Assembly: GCA_951406725.2 (NCBI GenBank)
Contig: OX597829.1
Location: forward strand, 36,394,001-36,458,000
Direction: 5' to 3'
From: Octopus vulgaris
Taxonomy: Eukaryota
DNA: 64,000 nt
Positions 31,090 to 44,800 of the stretch are shown in pieces. Below the pieces are notes generated by a model that did no database searches, was not told the DNA's origin, and saw nothing but the letters and a program-made list of their open reading frames with translations. The number at the start of each line of letters is the position of its first letter. The first letter of the stretch is position 1. Position numbers and translations under genes: made by a program.

Positions 31090-31192
31090 AATTATGAATA
31101 TTTATAATTGTTAATAATTTTCACCTTTAAAGGCATTTTAATATGCTGGCCACTTGATGAAATTTTTGAAAAGGATTTATCCTATATTAGAA

Positions 31193-31227
<35 letters not shown>

Positions 31228-31860
31228 ACACATATATAAGACAATTCAAACAAATAAAAAGAATTATACATTTGCGTGATTTTATTATCACATTCATTTA
31301 TGCACCATATTCAATTTAAAGCTCTGTTCTACGGTTTATGCCTCATAGATATTTCATAATGTGGCTTTCATATGCATCCTGTTTATTCATCTGCATTCAG
31401 ATTTCATTCAGGTAAAAAAAAATCATGCAACTTCAAACTCTGATGGTAACAACACCTTGTATAAACCTGCATTTACCCGTTTCTAAACTGAATGAAATCT
31501 GGATATAGATGAACAAATAGGATGCACATGTAAACCACATTACGAAATATCCATGCAGCAGAAACATATGTCGGATAAAAATTTAAATTAAATATAGTGT
31601 ATAATAAAAATTATATTAATAAAAACTGGCTAGATGTGTAATTCTCATTATGTGTATTATCTTTGATATGAACCCAGTAAACTGTTTATAATCCAACGAA
31701 GAGAACTAAGGTTTTACCTATCGTATGAAATAAAATGGGATTGTTTAGTTTAAATAGTCTTAAGTTATTTCTTACCATTCAATACGGTTAGCCATAACTT
31801 GGAATATACAAGCGTGCTTCAACGTGGTACCTGCCTGGTCCTAGTATCCTTGTCTATTCA

Positions 31861-31889
<29 letters not shown>

Positions 31890-31891
<2 letters not shown>

Positions 31892-32167
31892 GGACCGGGC
31901 TGCGTGTTGTGTTCTCGAGCAAGGCACTTTATTTCACGTTGCTCCAGTTCACTCAGCTGTAGAAATGAGTTGCGACGTCACTGGTGTCAAGCTGTATCGA
32001 CCTTTGTCTTTCCCTTGGATAACACTGGTGGCGTGGAGAGGGGAGGCTGGTATGCATGGGCGACTGCTGGCCTTCCATAAACAACCTTGCCCGGACTTGT
32101 ATCTAGGAAGGTAACTTTCTAGGTGCAATCCCATGGTCATTCATGACCGAAGGGGGTCTTTACCTTT
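31890..32167 (+). mobile_element. 5'-truncated SINE-like element (family D)
   Basis: GAGCAAGGCACTTTATTTCACGTTGCTCCAGTTCACTCAGCTGTAGAAATGAGT resembles a post-tRNA SINE central domain; GC-richer block between TA runs; single copy in the window. Confidence 0.6.
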
Positions 32168-33239
32168 ATATATATATACATATATATGTACATGTGTGTG
32201 TGTCTGTGTGTATATTCATATAAGCATATATTACTATTTAGTCATATAGTCCTTATTAGTAGATGTAGCTAGACGTTTAGTTAGAGTTTAATTGTATTTG
32301 TTTGCATTCAATGCTCCGACCGAGACATGAGTATCCAATTTAGACAGAATGGTATTCAGATGATGCAAATATAGGTTATTCTAATCTTAGGGGGTTTTGA
32401 ATCTTCAGCAGATAATATACTTCAGCTTTTCTTGATTACCTGTTAATCTAGCACTCTTTTATGCTCAGTATTCCTCGACTTCACTCCTAGATCAATTTAA
32501 AATTAAAAATTTGCCGGCAAATTTCCCATCCTTTAAATTTCGATAACTAAGATAACTTTGTCTACAGCTGTCGTATATAAAGCAATATATGTAGTCTGAC
32601 TTTAGACATTTAACATTGTAGAAGTAGGTTCTTCGTAAGTTTTATAAAGGAAATATTACAGCAGAAGTTGTTGTAGTATTTGGAATATGGATTTTTCGAA
32701 AAATAGAGTTCAAAAAATAAAATAATTAAAAGTAAACACGTAATTATTCTTTAATTGTAATCTGAATAGTTACTGCCAATCAAAAACGTATTCTTTCTCT
32801 GATACTGCAAACGAATCCTTTTCAAACATCTACTATTTCCACAGCTCTTATTCGTGTTGCTGGTACTGCTGCTGCTGCTACCACCACCACAACCAACACT
32901 ACTACTACTATTAATACTAATACTAATACTGCTGCTGCTGTTGCTGTTGCTATTACTACTACTACAAATAAAAATGAATGATGCTTATATTAATTGTGTA
33001 ATATAAAAAAAGTTCCTGCTCTTATTTCTGCATCTGTTATGGTATTGTTGCTGCTATTGTTGCTGATACTAACACTTCTACAGCTACTACTATTAGCAAG
33101 GCTTTTGCTGCTGTTAAAGTTTTGCTACAGCAATAATAATAATAAAGTTACTAAATAGAGTTACTAATGGTTACTGATATTATCACTATAACTACGTTAT
33201 GTTGTTACTACATTACTGCTAAAAAAGGACCACCACCTC

Positions 33240-33365
33240 TGCCGAGTTCGACTTTGACTTTCATTCCTTCGTGGTTGATAAAATAAGTATCAGTTTAGTC
33301 CTGGAACCGATGCAATCGACTTACCCCTCCCTGAAATTATTGGCCTTGTGCAAAATTTAAAATCC
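33240..33365 (+). mobile_element. SINE family A, 3' fragment
   Basis: GCCGAG.TCGACTTTG.CTTTCAT.CCTT..GG.TGATAAAATAAGTA..AGT core followed by a (TTA)n tail. Confidence 0.65.
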
Positions 33366-33374
33366 ACATTATTA

Positions 33375-33450
<76 letters not shown>

Positions 33451-34472
33451 CATTATTATTATTATTATTATGTATCATTATTATTTCTTCGACAGTTGAA
33501 AAATTATGCTAGTAAATTATGACTACTGCTGTCGCTACGACTACAACAACAACTACCACTACTACTACTACTAATACTAATACTAATACTACTACTACTA
33601 CTACAAATGAAACCACCTCCATTACTATTACGACTACCACCATAATTACTACTACCACCACCATTACTACTACCACCACCATTACTACTACTATTGTAGA
33701 ATTACTAGTGTTATTGCCACTACTGTTTGAAACAAATGATTGATAATTTTTATAAGCTACGGATATCAAAGGTCATTTATTCAGCGCCGCCTCCACACCC
33801 TCATCAAAGTTTTGTGTCATTCCATACAATTTTATTTACTGATAAACTACAACATACCTAATGTCTGTGTCAACTGAATAATTATTGTCATTAATAAATA
33901 AATATTATCTTTCACTATTTCAAAAGTTTCCATTTTGTGTCAATTTCCTCATCACTGATTCCCGACAGCAATGTTATCGTCATTAATAAATGAACTCAAT
34001 TCATTGCTTTTGTAGCAATGTTCATTGGAAACATTTTTACGAAATCTTAAATTATCTTACAAATAATATGATGATAGTATTTGAAAAAAATGTTAAAGAA
34101 ATAAAAACAACCTAAATATACTTTATTTCTTGAATAACCCGAAAAATATTAATGAAAAATATCAAGGCATGAAAACCTAACAAAAAAAAATTGAGTGGAT
34201 GAAATTCAGCATCATTGTTTCTGCCAGGGAATTTCTTTTGGTAATCCTCATTGTTATCACCACCACAATTACCGCCATTCTAATTATTATATCATTATTG
34301 AAATATTACCGTCATCATCATCGTCTTCATTGGCACTATTATCGTTACGATATACATTAAACATCATTGTCAACTCATTGCTATCACCATCAACAGAATT
34401 ATTGTCATATTAACAATCATCTAGAGCATATTCATAAATCGAAGTCATCATCTTTTATCTTCCTCTGTCTCT

Positions 34473-34525
<53 letters not shown>

Positions 34526-35193
34526 CCTCTCCCTTACCATTTACTTTCCTTTTTTCCATCCCTAAAGCTTCCCAAATCATCTTTTACTTCTTATTCTTAT
34601 TATTACTTAGTAGTTATTAACATGAAAATAATTCACTGCCTTTTTCGGAATATATTAAATAAAATGCACATTTAAGTTTAAGTCTTCATTTTAGTTTGAA
34701 AGCATTCTGTAAATTATAAAATACAATTTTAAAAAATGAAATAAAAATTGAGAAAAAATATTCATTACTCTAACTCTAAAATGGTGTGTCCAAAAGCAAG
34801 TTTGTGGCTTGTCGTGAAATTTCTTGCTAATGGATCAAACATGTTTGAGTCTGAGAAATAATGTCGGTTGGAAATAGATTAATTGAAATAAAGCTTCATA
34901 AAACAACTTTGAATAAGATTTTTGTTTTATTTTATTTCGAATGTTTTGAAATACAGTAAAATTTGTGAAGTCTTTACGATCTAAAAATTGAACTCATCTC
35001 TGTGTAGATGCATAATTCACAAAGTGATTTAGTTAACCAATTATAATATGACATTAAGAAAGAGATAAAATAAAACATTGAAATATGCAATCGTACAGAT
35101 GTTTAGAGAAACACAATTATTAACAGGTCTTCTAAAACTTATCTTGACGATTTGTTCATTCATTCATGTATGTATGTATATATATATATATAT

Positions 35194-35414
35194 TCTTTTA
35201 TTCTTTTACTTGTTTCGGTCATTTGACTGCGGCCGTGTTGGAGCACCGCCTTTAGTCGAACAAATTGACACCAGGACTTATTCTTTGTAAGCCTAGTACT
35301 TAATCTGTCTGTCTCTTTTGCCAAACCGCTGAGTTATGGGGACGTAAGCACAGCAACATCGGCTGTCGAGCGATGGAGCGGAGGGGGGCAAACAGAAACA
35401 CACACAAATATATA

Positions 35415-35469
<55 letters not shown>

Positions 35470-35628
35470 GACAGGCTTCTTTCAGTTTCCGTCCACCAGA
35501 TCCACTCAAAAGGCTATGGTCAGCGCGAGGTTATGGTAGAAGACACTTGCCCAAGGTGCTACTTGGAACCGAACCCGGAACCATGTGGTCGCGAAGTAAG
35601 CTTCTTACCACACAGCCACACCTGCTCC
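35194..35628 (-). mobile_element. SINE family B with internal (TA)n
   Basis: Colinear with 13873-14373. Confidence 0.88.
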
Positions 35629-35633
35629 AATGA

Positions 35634-35702
<69 letters not shown>

Positions 35703-36862
35703 CTGTGTGTGTGTGTGTGTGCGCGTGCGTGTATGAATGTATGTATGCATGCATGTATGTATGTATATATGTATTGAAACAAATGTATAACACCTTGAAA
35801 AGCCATGAATCTAATGTCCTATCACGAGAGTCTACATCAGAACAGTAAAATATTACGATAAAATGAAGGCCAAGTAAAACTAAGGACGCATTGATCAGAC
35901 TGGTTTATTGTATTCGCGTCTAAGAGCAGCTGAATTTGTACAGAGAGTGAAACCATTGTGATATTTAGTTCCGTTTCACTTCATTTTGAGTACACAAATC
36001 GTAAAGTCTGGATTATATCATTTCGTTTGATTAAAAAGAATCAGTACTATGGCAGGGTTTATTTGTCTGAGCATTACAACGCATCTTTGGTTTAAAATTG
36101 TTGTGTTCCTAATTAAAAAATGGTAATAGTTTTGTCTTCCGTATAGCATTTATTATTAAATGCCAATGTAAAGCTCTTTTCATCTTCAGCATGCTCGAGT
36201 CTTGTTAAACTTAACATTGATAAATTATTGTCTAAGACACAACTAATAACAAATGGTGTAATTTTGTAACCATTTGTAAAAACTAGAATTCGTAGAAACC
36301 ACTGAGTGTCGGCAAGAGTAATGTAAAGAAACAAAATTATATTTAAAATGTATGTTAGATGTGCAAAGCCTTATCGAAAGATAAAAACGAATAGCATCAT
36401 CATGTTAGGCACATGTCCCTTATGGAGCTAGATGATACAGATAGAGTGAGAGAGAGAGAGAGAAGAAGAAGAAGAGGGAGAGATTTTAACATGGAATAAA
36501 GAGTTCTTCTTGTGTTATTTTAAATGATCATGATAGTCATGGATTTGAAGCGACCAGTTTGTATGAAATTTGTAGCAGAGTAAAAGGACTAATGGAAAAT
36601 TGCCGATTGTGCGCAATAATAAAATAAGAAAGACATTGGCGGTGTCGTGTAGGTGTATTTACTATAGTATGTATGTGTGAGAGGGTGAATGATAGAACTG
36701 AACACATATATGTATTTATATGTGGAGGAAGGAGTGAGAGTAGAAGGAAAAGATTTAAAAGAAATGTAATCACTACGGAAGAAATCGTTCCACAACGAAA
36801 ACTAAATCGAGAGTTCGATGGCATACATAAGCCTTGATGAAGACGTTCACGAACGTTACTGT

Positions 36863-37084
36863 GGCAGAAACGTTAGCGTGCCGGGCGAAATGCTTAGCGG
36901 TATTTCGTCTGGCGCAACGTTGTGAGTTCAAATTCCGCTGAGGTCGACTTTGCCTTTTATCCTTTCGGGGTCGATAAATTAAGTACCAGTTACGCACTGG
37001 GGTCGATGTAATCGACTTAATACCTATGTCTGTCCTTGTTTGTCCCCTCTATGTTTAGCCCCTTGTGGGTAATAAAGAAATAGG
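36863..37084 (+). mobile_element. SINE family A, slightly 5'-truncated, 10-bp TSD
   Basis: TSD ACGTTACTGT at 36853-36862 and 37085-37094. Confidence 0.92.
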
Positions 37085-37119
37085 ACGTTACTGTCATATT
37101 GGGAGAGACCAGTACTTGC

Positions 37120-37800
37120 GAAATCCCATGCAACAGTTTAAGAGGCCCAGGACAATTCGGCCGTGCATTAAATAGATGTACACTGTGTCGCTCAGTCAAC
37201 TTACAGTCTGTTTAACATATAAACAAAGCACTGCATAGTTGGCAATATGTGCAACAAATTACGTTACTTAGCGATACAACTACAGCTATCTGCAACTTGG
37301 AAAGTAGAATTAGGAACGAGCAAATGGATATGGTTTTATAATAGAACAGGAGTTAAAGCAAGGAAGAGGAGAAAGAAGATGATATAGGATGAATATTGTA
37401 ATGGGTGGAATAACTTCTTGCCAGAATGTTGTGAAGTTTGTGATCACATCTAAAGAAGGAGATTTGAGGTTCCCCATATAGGAACTGAAATTACAGAAGA
37501 GATAATGTTGGAAAGGTCGATTAGAAGGGCTGAATTGTTATATCTTTATAAAGCCAGGCTTTCGTGATCTTGCTTTGATGATTTGATGATTTGGGGCTCC
37601 ATTCAAAATACTATGCAGGTCTTTAAGGACAGTTTCTCCAACAAAGGCATTAAATTACTGTATTCCAAGATGTATGAAAGAACTTGTAATGTTATGTCTG
37701 GGTCGGTATCCATAAAGTTGGGCAAGGAAATTTACGAGCAAGTACTACACACTTAAGATTGACATCTTTATGGGAATTATTATTCTATGATTACGATCTA
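37120..37800 (-). pseudogene. Possible highly decayed Penelope-type RT fragment
   Basis: Minus strand contains ISFFRC/FLDV-like (CCTTCTTTAGATGTG) and W-L-Y-K-D-I (cf. WxRYIDD) remnants; no long ORF. Confidence 0.3.
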
Positions 37801-38295
37801 GTTATAAACTTAGCGTTGAGAGAAGTACGAAGCTGCTCGGAGAAAATGAAAATCAGACAATACTGGTAATGCCTTTAACTTAATTACTGTTATCCTATTA
37901 ACATTAACAAGAATGAGAGGAAAGGAAAAGAGAATCCAATGTTAGTCAAGTAAAACATTGTGGGATTAGTTACAAACTCACGATATCCAACCACCATACG
38001 CATAGTGCACAAGCATTTTTTTCTGCTCCTAGCGAGAGTGGAGATGGGGGGGGGGGCTCCTGTGATGCTTTACAAGAATTAATCAGTTTTGGTGCTGCTG
38101 CAAAATCCAGTTAACCTTAGCATGGCTAGTGAAAGTTTTAAGAGCAACACCTGCTGTTAAGTGATGGTATAGGACTCTGCGTATCTCTTTGCGCGGCTCA
38201 GAAAATGAATGAGATGGTGAAAGGGTAGAAGATTTAGACTGGATTCTATAAATGTGTGCGTGAATGTGTGTATATACATACATATATGCATATAC

Positions 38296-38332
<37 letters not shown>

Positions 38333-38502
38333 AAGTTAATCCAAACAAGAAAACAAAAAAAAACAAAAAACAACAACTCAAGGATGTGGAACAAATAAAG
38401 TATTATTGGACGCTCAGTCGTAAACATAGGAGAAAGAAACATCCCAAAACGGGAGGACAGAGGAAAAAAAATAGCAGGTAGTGTACACGAGGTCACATGC
38501 AT

Positions 38503-38546
<44 letters not shown>

Positions 38547-38583
38547 CAAAGTGGAGTTGTGGGGTACCGCACGAGTGGAATTA

Positions 38584-39403
38584 TATACGAAAGAAGGTTT
38601 GAAAATGCAATTTAAAAGATGTTTATTTACTTTACCGGTTTCACTCTTTGGAAAAAGATTGTCAAAAGTAACATGTGGAAGTTTGATCGCGTTAATTATT
38701 GGTTGTTGCAAATTGCTACATTACATATATACAGTCTTTGGTAACAGGGACATGTTAAGGACATAAAAAAGTTCAACAAGTTCCTTAAAATATTGGGCAC
38801 AAAAGATTACATAACTAATCGTTCTCAAGGACATACTTTAGATAGTTTCCAGAAGGAATTGATATTGGTATTGTATCTGTATATTCAAATATGCACAGAA
38901 TATTGGTTGACACAGAGTACTATAATCCATATAAATATACATTCTTTGGTGACAACAGTATGTTGAGAATATAAAAAAGTTTAACAAGCTCATTGAAATA
39001 ATGGGCAGAAAAGATTAAAACAAATATATTATACATCTCAAGGTAATTTCCAGGAGGAATTATTAAAAAAAGTTCAGTATACACATACAGAATATTATGA
39101 GTTCAAAAAGATTTACATTATAATAGTGAAGTTAAAACTAACCTGTCCGTTTTAGTATGTCCTTGAGAATGATTATTTATGTAATCTTTTGTGCCCAATA
39201 TTTTAAGGAACTTGTTGAACTTTTTTATGTCCTTAACATGTCCCTGTTACCAAAGACTGTATATATGTAATGTAGCAATTTGCAACAACCAATAATTAAC
39301 GCAACCAAACTTCCACATGTTACTTTTGACAATCTTTTTCCAAAGAGTGAAACCGGTAAAGTAAATAAACATCTTTTAAATTGCATTTTCAAACCTTCTT
39401 TCG

Positions 39404-39407
<4 letters not shown>
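38584..39407. repeat. Long inverted repeat (~255-bp arms, ~315-bp spacer) between (TA)n tracts
   Basis: ~38584-38838 is the reverse complement of ~39153-39407. The ORF track shows the same peptide on opposite strands (38493..38711- and 39280..39603+). Confidence 0.93.
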
Positions 39408-39474
<67 letters not shown>

Positions 39475-39598
39475 GTTCACTTGCACATTTATACAATCCA
39501 CTCTATACGTTCTACCCTTTCTATATCAAGCAACTCATCAACATTTATCAAGATCAGCTTTGAAAATGAAACTGTAGATAAAGACAGTTATATGGCGA

Positions 39599-39629
<31 letters not shown>

Positions 39630-40400
39630 AGGATAAAATCTATATAAGATTTTATCAAGAAGCCTAAATCAATTAAGGAAAAAATTAATACAAGGTATCT
39701 AATTTTTTCCTTTATATATAAAATACAAGGGCTATTAATGTGTATAAAAGCCACTCGCTTTAATGGGACTCTATAGTCAAACTACGCCGAAGGAAAACTA
39801 GGAGAAATTCCTTCAATAAAAAAAAAAAAGGTTTAAGTCGTTTATCATTAGTGATTTCGTGGTCACCATCTATTACCATGTTTTCCATTCATCATAACAG
39901 GGAAAAAATATATAAAGGAAAAAAATTAGATACCTTGTATTAATTTTTTTTTCCTTAATTGGTTTACACGATGGCTACACGATAATATTTTTTTATAGAT
40001 TTTATCCTTATATTTTATTTACAAATATTGAACCGGAATATATTCAGTGCTGAATTATTTCGATTATACACATGTAGTGAGATGAACTAGGCAGAGATCT
40101 CTTTAATTGGATTTATAAGTGTAAACATTTGTATATGTTCTGCTGAATGCATTGTGTTCGTCTGGTATGTAAAAATGTTTTCATATTTATTTTTCCCCAG
40201 TATGTTCGTGCTGATGAGTGGAGAACAATGTAATACATGCTGACCATGAAAACATTAATGGTATACGACTGAACCTTTTTCGTTGAAGGAATTTCTCCTA
40301 GTTTTCATTCCCTCGATGTCAGCGAGTGTGTATAATTTTTGAAGTAGTTTGACTTTAGAGTCCCGTTAAAGCGCGTGGCTTTTATACAGATATTATAATG

Positions 40401-40452
<52 letters not shown>

Positions 40453-40485
40453 GTATTATATATATATATATATTATATTATAATG

Positions 40486-40522
<37 letters not shown>

Positions 40523-40659
40523 CTAATATTAGATATTAAGTCAAGTGTTGGCCTTCACATTAGATGTATTACATACATATCTCACAACATATCTCACACA
40601 CAAACGATTCTGAAATGATGTAAACAACGTTTTTCAGAAAATGTCTTAAAATTTCATGA

Positions 40660-41700
40660 TACTAATGATGTGCATCAGAGAAACTGGCTTGCTTGTAGCC
40701 AAAAGAAAGAGTTGTACAGTTTACCATGGTAACTTACATGACTCACCAATAATTCTTTAGTTTCAAAGTCTGCAATAGCTACAAAGAATGTTATATTACC
40801 TTATGGAGAGAGCTTCAAATATGTTTTCATCCAGGAAGTTAGCTTTTTATAAGAAACAATAATCCAAAGTAAAGCAGTAAAATGGCACAACATCTTGAAG
40901 TATGTGTTGGTCTTTAATTAAGCTGAAGGCGTCACTTCAGAGTTCAGTTGATCATTACATCAAATTGGCAATCTAAACAATATATATACTTCTTAGACAT
41001 AATCGATCTGCGGTCAAATTGGATCATATCCATAAAAAAAATTACTACAAGTCATATTATCCTAGGAAAACGTTGAATGTCTTCAAGTTTTGTATTCCAA
41101 AATGTTTTAGCATTTGAATTAAACATATTTTGCTAGAAAGTACGTCATCAAAAGATTTTGCATTTACTGTGGATACAGCATCAGACTCTGCCTACGTTGG
41201 ATGAATATTTCTGTCGAAGAATTTTAATCTAATTGACGTTAGATATGGGACGCAAGACAGATTTCTTAAACTGCTCACTGTTTCTCTGGGTAACAGCAGA
41301 GAGCATACATATGACAATGCGAACAGAAAAGTGTAATAGCGAGATCCACGTGGTTATCTTACTCTCAGTTTTGAGAGAAAGGACAAGATTACCTGACAAT
41401 CTTGAAGTATCACACCCAGTTGCATCTCATCTTACTTGTACCTTGTATAACTGGATCTTTTAGAGCTTTACTGCTAAGATTAAGAAAACAGTGGACGGAT
41501 GAAATATCTATTGGCTCCAATATTGTAACACGGTACTTTCATTTAGAAGTTCCCCAATAAATATGGATCCATCGAACAACGAAAGTATCCTTACAGATTT
41601 GATGATGCAACTGGAACAATAGCAGCAAAGAAGCTAGCAAAGATATTATTATGACACAACACCTGGTGTCCATCTGGCGGAAATTACGGAGATAAATATC
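40660..41700 (+). pseudogene. Decayed hAT-family (ZnF-TTF/ZMYM1-type) transposase relic
   Basis: RNWLACSQKKELYSLPW (cf. TTF zinc finger RxWLxYSxxxxxxYCxxC) near 40680; FAFTVDTASDSA (cf. catalytic FSIxxDETTDxS) near 41160; many stops. Confidence 0.5.
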
Positions 41701-41717
41701 TTAGCTAATTCAGAATT

Positions 41718-41723
41718 TTTGTG

Positions 41724-41809
<86 letters not shown>

Positions 41810-41837
41810 TGTGTGTGTGTTTGTGTATTTGTGTGTG

Positions 41838-41870
<33 letters not shown>

Positions 41871-41969
41871 ATGTGTGTTTGTGTGTGTGTGTTTGTGTGT
41901 GTATGTTTGTGTGTGTGTGTATGTGTGTGTGTGTGTGTTGTGTGTGTGTGTGTGTGTGTGTTTGTGTGC

Positions 41970-42051
<82 letters not shown>

Positions 42052-42052
42052 G
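41718..42052. repeat. Long imperfect (GT)n microsatellite
   Basis: Direct reading. Confidence 0.97.
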
Positions 42053-43561
42053 TTAAGTACGCACCGCAGCTTTTGCTGAATTATATCTGTAATTTGTTTT
42101 GACCAATTTTTGGATACTGAACCCTAAAAGTGACGTTGGTTTTGCCTTTCATATCAATTCTATGATATGAAACTACATCGCTAGTAGAAACCCTTGATTG
42201 CAAAGTCAATAGCCATCAACCATTTTGGTGCCTTACAAGCGTGATCTATATATGGGGTACCAGCTCCAAACATATCATCAGTTTTACTTAGAAATATAGC
42301 ATACAGATTTTTATGCCGAAGTATCTACTCTTTCCCTGACATTAAGAACCCTATTGCATTTTATATATCATGTATTGAAAGATAAATTTTTCCTTCAGTA
42401 CATTTGAATTTTTTTTTATTTTCCAGCCCTAAATGATTAATATCATTAATAACAACGTTATTAATGCTATTAATATGTAGTATGAATGCCAAGATTAATG
42501 TAACAGCGTAAATCTAGGCATTTTCTCAAACGCATATGTATTACACACTACTCAATAGAAGTACCCTGAAATTTAACAACTGTTATTGTAAGAACTTCAC
42601 TTTGTTGGTTAAACAACATAATGTGAGAAAACACACTGAAACTAAAGAAATAACAATAACCCTAAAAGTAATTTCATGGACCTTAGCAACTGCCCTCATA
42701 ATGGCAACACTTTGATGAAAAAAAAGTTTAGTTATAATTTATAAGAAGTATCTTCTTGTAGTAATAGCGATGCTATTGTTTTAAAGGCAACAAAATGTAA
42801 CTTAATAATAATAGCAAACACAATAGAACCATTGCCACCATGAACCTCAAAATACGAAAAAAAAAAAACGACAGTAGAAACAACATCAACAAGCTTAATT
42901 ATATCAACAAAAAACAACATCGTATTTTCAAATATCCCAAATGGAAGCTCTACCATCTCTTCCATCACCAACATTATCACTATGACATTCGCTGTGGCAT
43001 TTAGAAACACCGCCATTACAAACGCAACCCGCAACACTATCAACAGCAAGAAACATAGCAAGAATACGAAGGAATATAGTGATGAATACAACTGATAACT
43101 ATTTTACCACCAATAATCAATTCTCTGAAGCAGTCGGATCTAACAACACCAGTACCAGCAATCATTTACGCTACATTTGTTGTCAAGAAGTAGACTGCGA
43201 ACACCCGCTCACTATCAAAAGTTTTCTTGACGCTTGAGTATGGATAATCGCTGTTTGCCAGATCTAATTTTATGCAGCTCTAGACCAAGCGTACTCCGAA
43301 GCAGAGCATACAGAAGCTCACAATCCTACGCTTAATGGGTGATGCGATTAGTGGATGGCGTCTATTGAGGATCAGACGACGTCCTCGGGAAGAAACTAAA
43401 CGTAGATGAAAATTAACTGCCTTGTCTTTTTCATGAAGATTTTGAATATTTTCCAGAAATCCCTTGACTGAAAATGCGATGAGGCGTAATTGACGGTTCC
43501 ATAGAAATTCTACAAATTTCGTAGTACTAACAACTGGACGTGTTTCAAATTTAGGCTATTT

Positions 43562-43748
43562 AGGACAGACAGACGAATTAAGTCGATTATATCGACCCCA
43601 GTACATAACTGGTACTTATTTAATCGACCCCGAAAGGATGAAAGTCAGAGTCGACCTCGGCGGAATTTGAACTCAGAACGTAGTGGCAGACGAAATACTG
43701 CTAAGCATTTCGCCCGGCGTGCTAACGTTTCTGCCAGCTCGCCGCCTT
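43562..43748 (-). mobile_element. SINE family A, partial; local duplicate of the 45.9k copy
   Basis: Shares private variants (AGTACATAACT, CTTATTTAATCG, GTAGTGGCAG) and ~55 bp of flank with 45913-46153. Confidence 0.9.
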
Positions 43749-44349
43749 CTATTGAAATCGATATACCTACTTTCGCTAAAATGCCTAGTTTTGAGCCTAA
43801 ATATCACAATGTTCCATTGTGTATTTCTATACAACAAAGCTGTTCTACTCGTGCTCTTACAGTGTTCGAGCATTTCTGACTTGTGCAGGCACTATACTTT
43901 TCCGCCAAGCCCTCGTCGAACTTTTCAAGTTTTGCTTGGAAAACAAATTGAGGGTAGTGAGTGAGGTACTAGCCTGCAGGAAATTTATGAAAAGGTAGGT
44001 GAACGTAGCGAGAATTGCTTGAGGAAATAGACCTATTTTAACATGCTCCTGCAAGCTGAAAAGTACGAAGAAGGGAGGTAAACCTGCCTTAGTATCCTGG
44101 TGAGATTCCTCGGTCGCCTATTGGGGTATGTTTTTGCTATAATCATTTTTTTAATTCTCATTGTTATACTGTTTATACGTGTTCATGTAAATCCCCACTG
44201 TACTTTGTATTTGAATTGTTCTAAATAATTTTCGGATCCTTGTATCAGAGAAAGAATGATTGTAGTTGTTCATTAACACATCACTGCAGGAGAATGTAAG
44301 ATGGTATTAGCTGTCTGCAATCAGTGGACTAATGAAACGCTTTTCACTT

Positions 44350-44800
44350 AGATATTGAGAACTCTACAGGGGATTTGTGCAGTTGCAAGCAATGCTGTTT
44401 TCTGTAGATGCTCTATCTTCTTTACTTATCGTTTCAATTCCCTTCGCAAATTTGATACCGATATTAGGCTCCAACTACAGGTACAACATTCACCGTTCAA
44501 AATGACCACAGTTTTATTTTATTTACGACTTCAAATCATCATATGTGACCTGCTTTAATTCTCCTTCCGATTCTCTTTCATTACTAGAACATTCAATATC
44601 TGTGATTTAGCAAGTTTTTATTTAACAGGTTTTTATTCACAGCTATTTCCAACTTTCGGTGTCCAATTTCATGATTACATTGACTTATTACATCCTACAG
44701 TATCTTTACCTTATCATTATCCCTAATAGAGTTTGTACATACCACATCTTTTCTCTATTCAATCCATACTTGCTACTCATTAACGCATTAAAATCTGTTT
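44350..44800 (-). pseudogene. R4/Dong-like 3' fragment (endonuclease C-terminus)
   Basis: Minus strand IEHLQKTALLATAQIPCRVLN and VNVVPVVGA, matching the QKTALLGT and VPxIVGALG motifs of the R4 copies at 52-59 kb. Confidence 0.6.
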
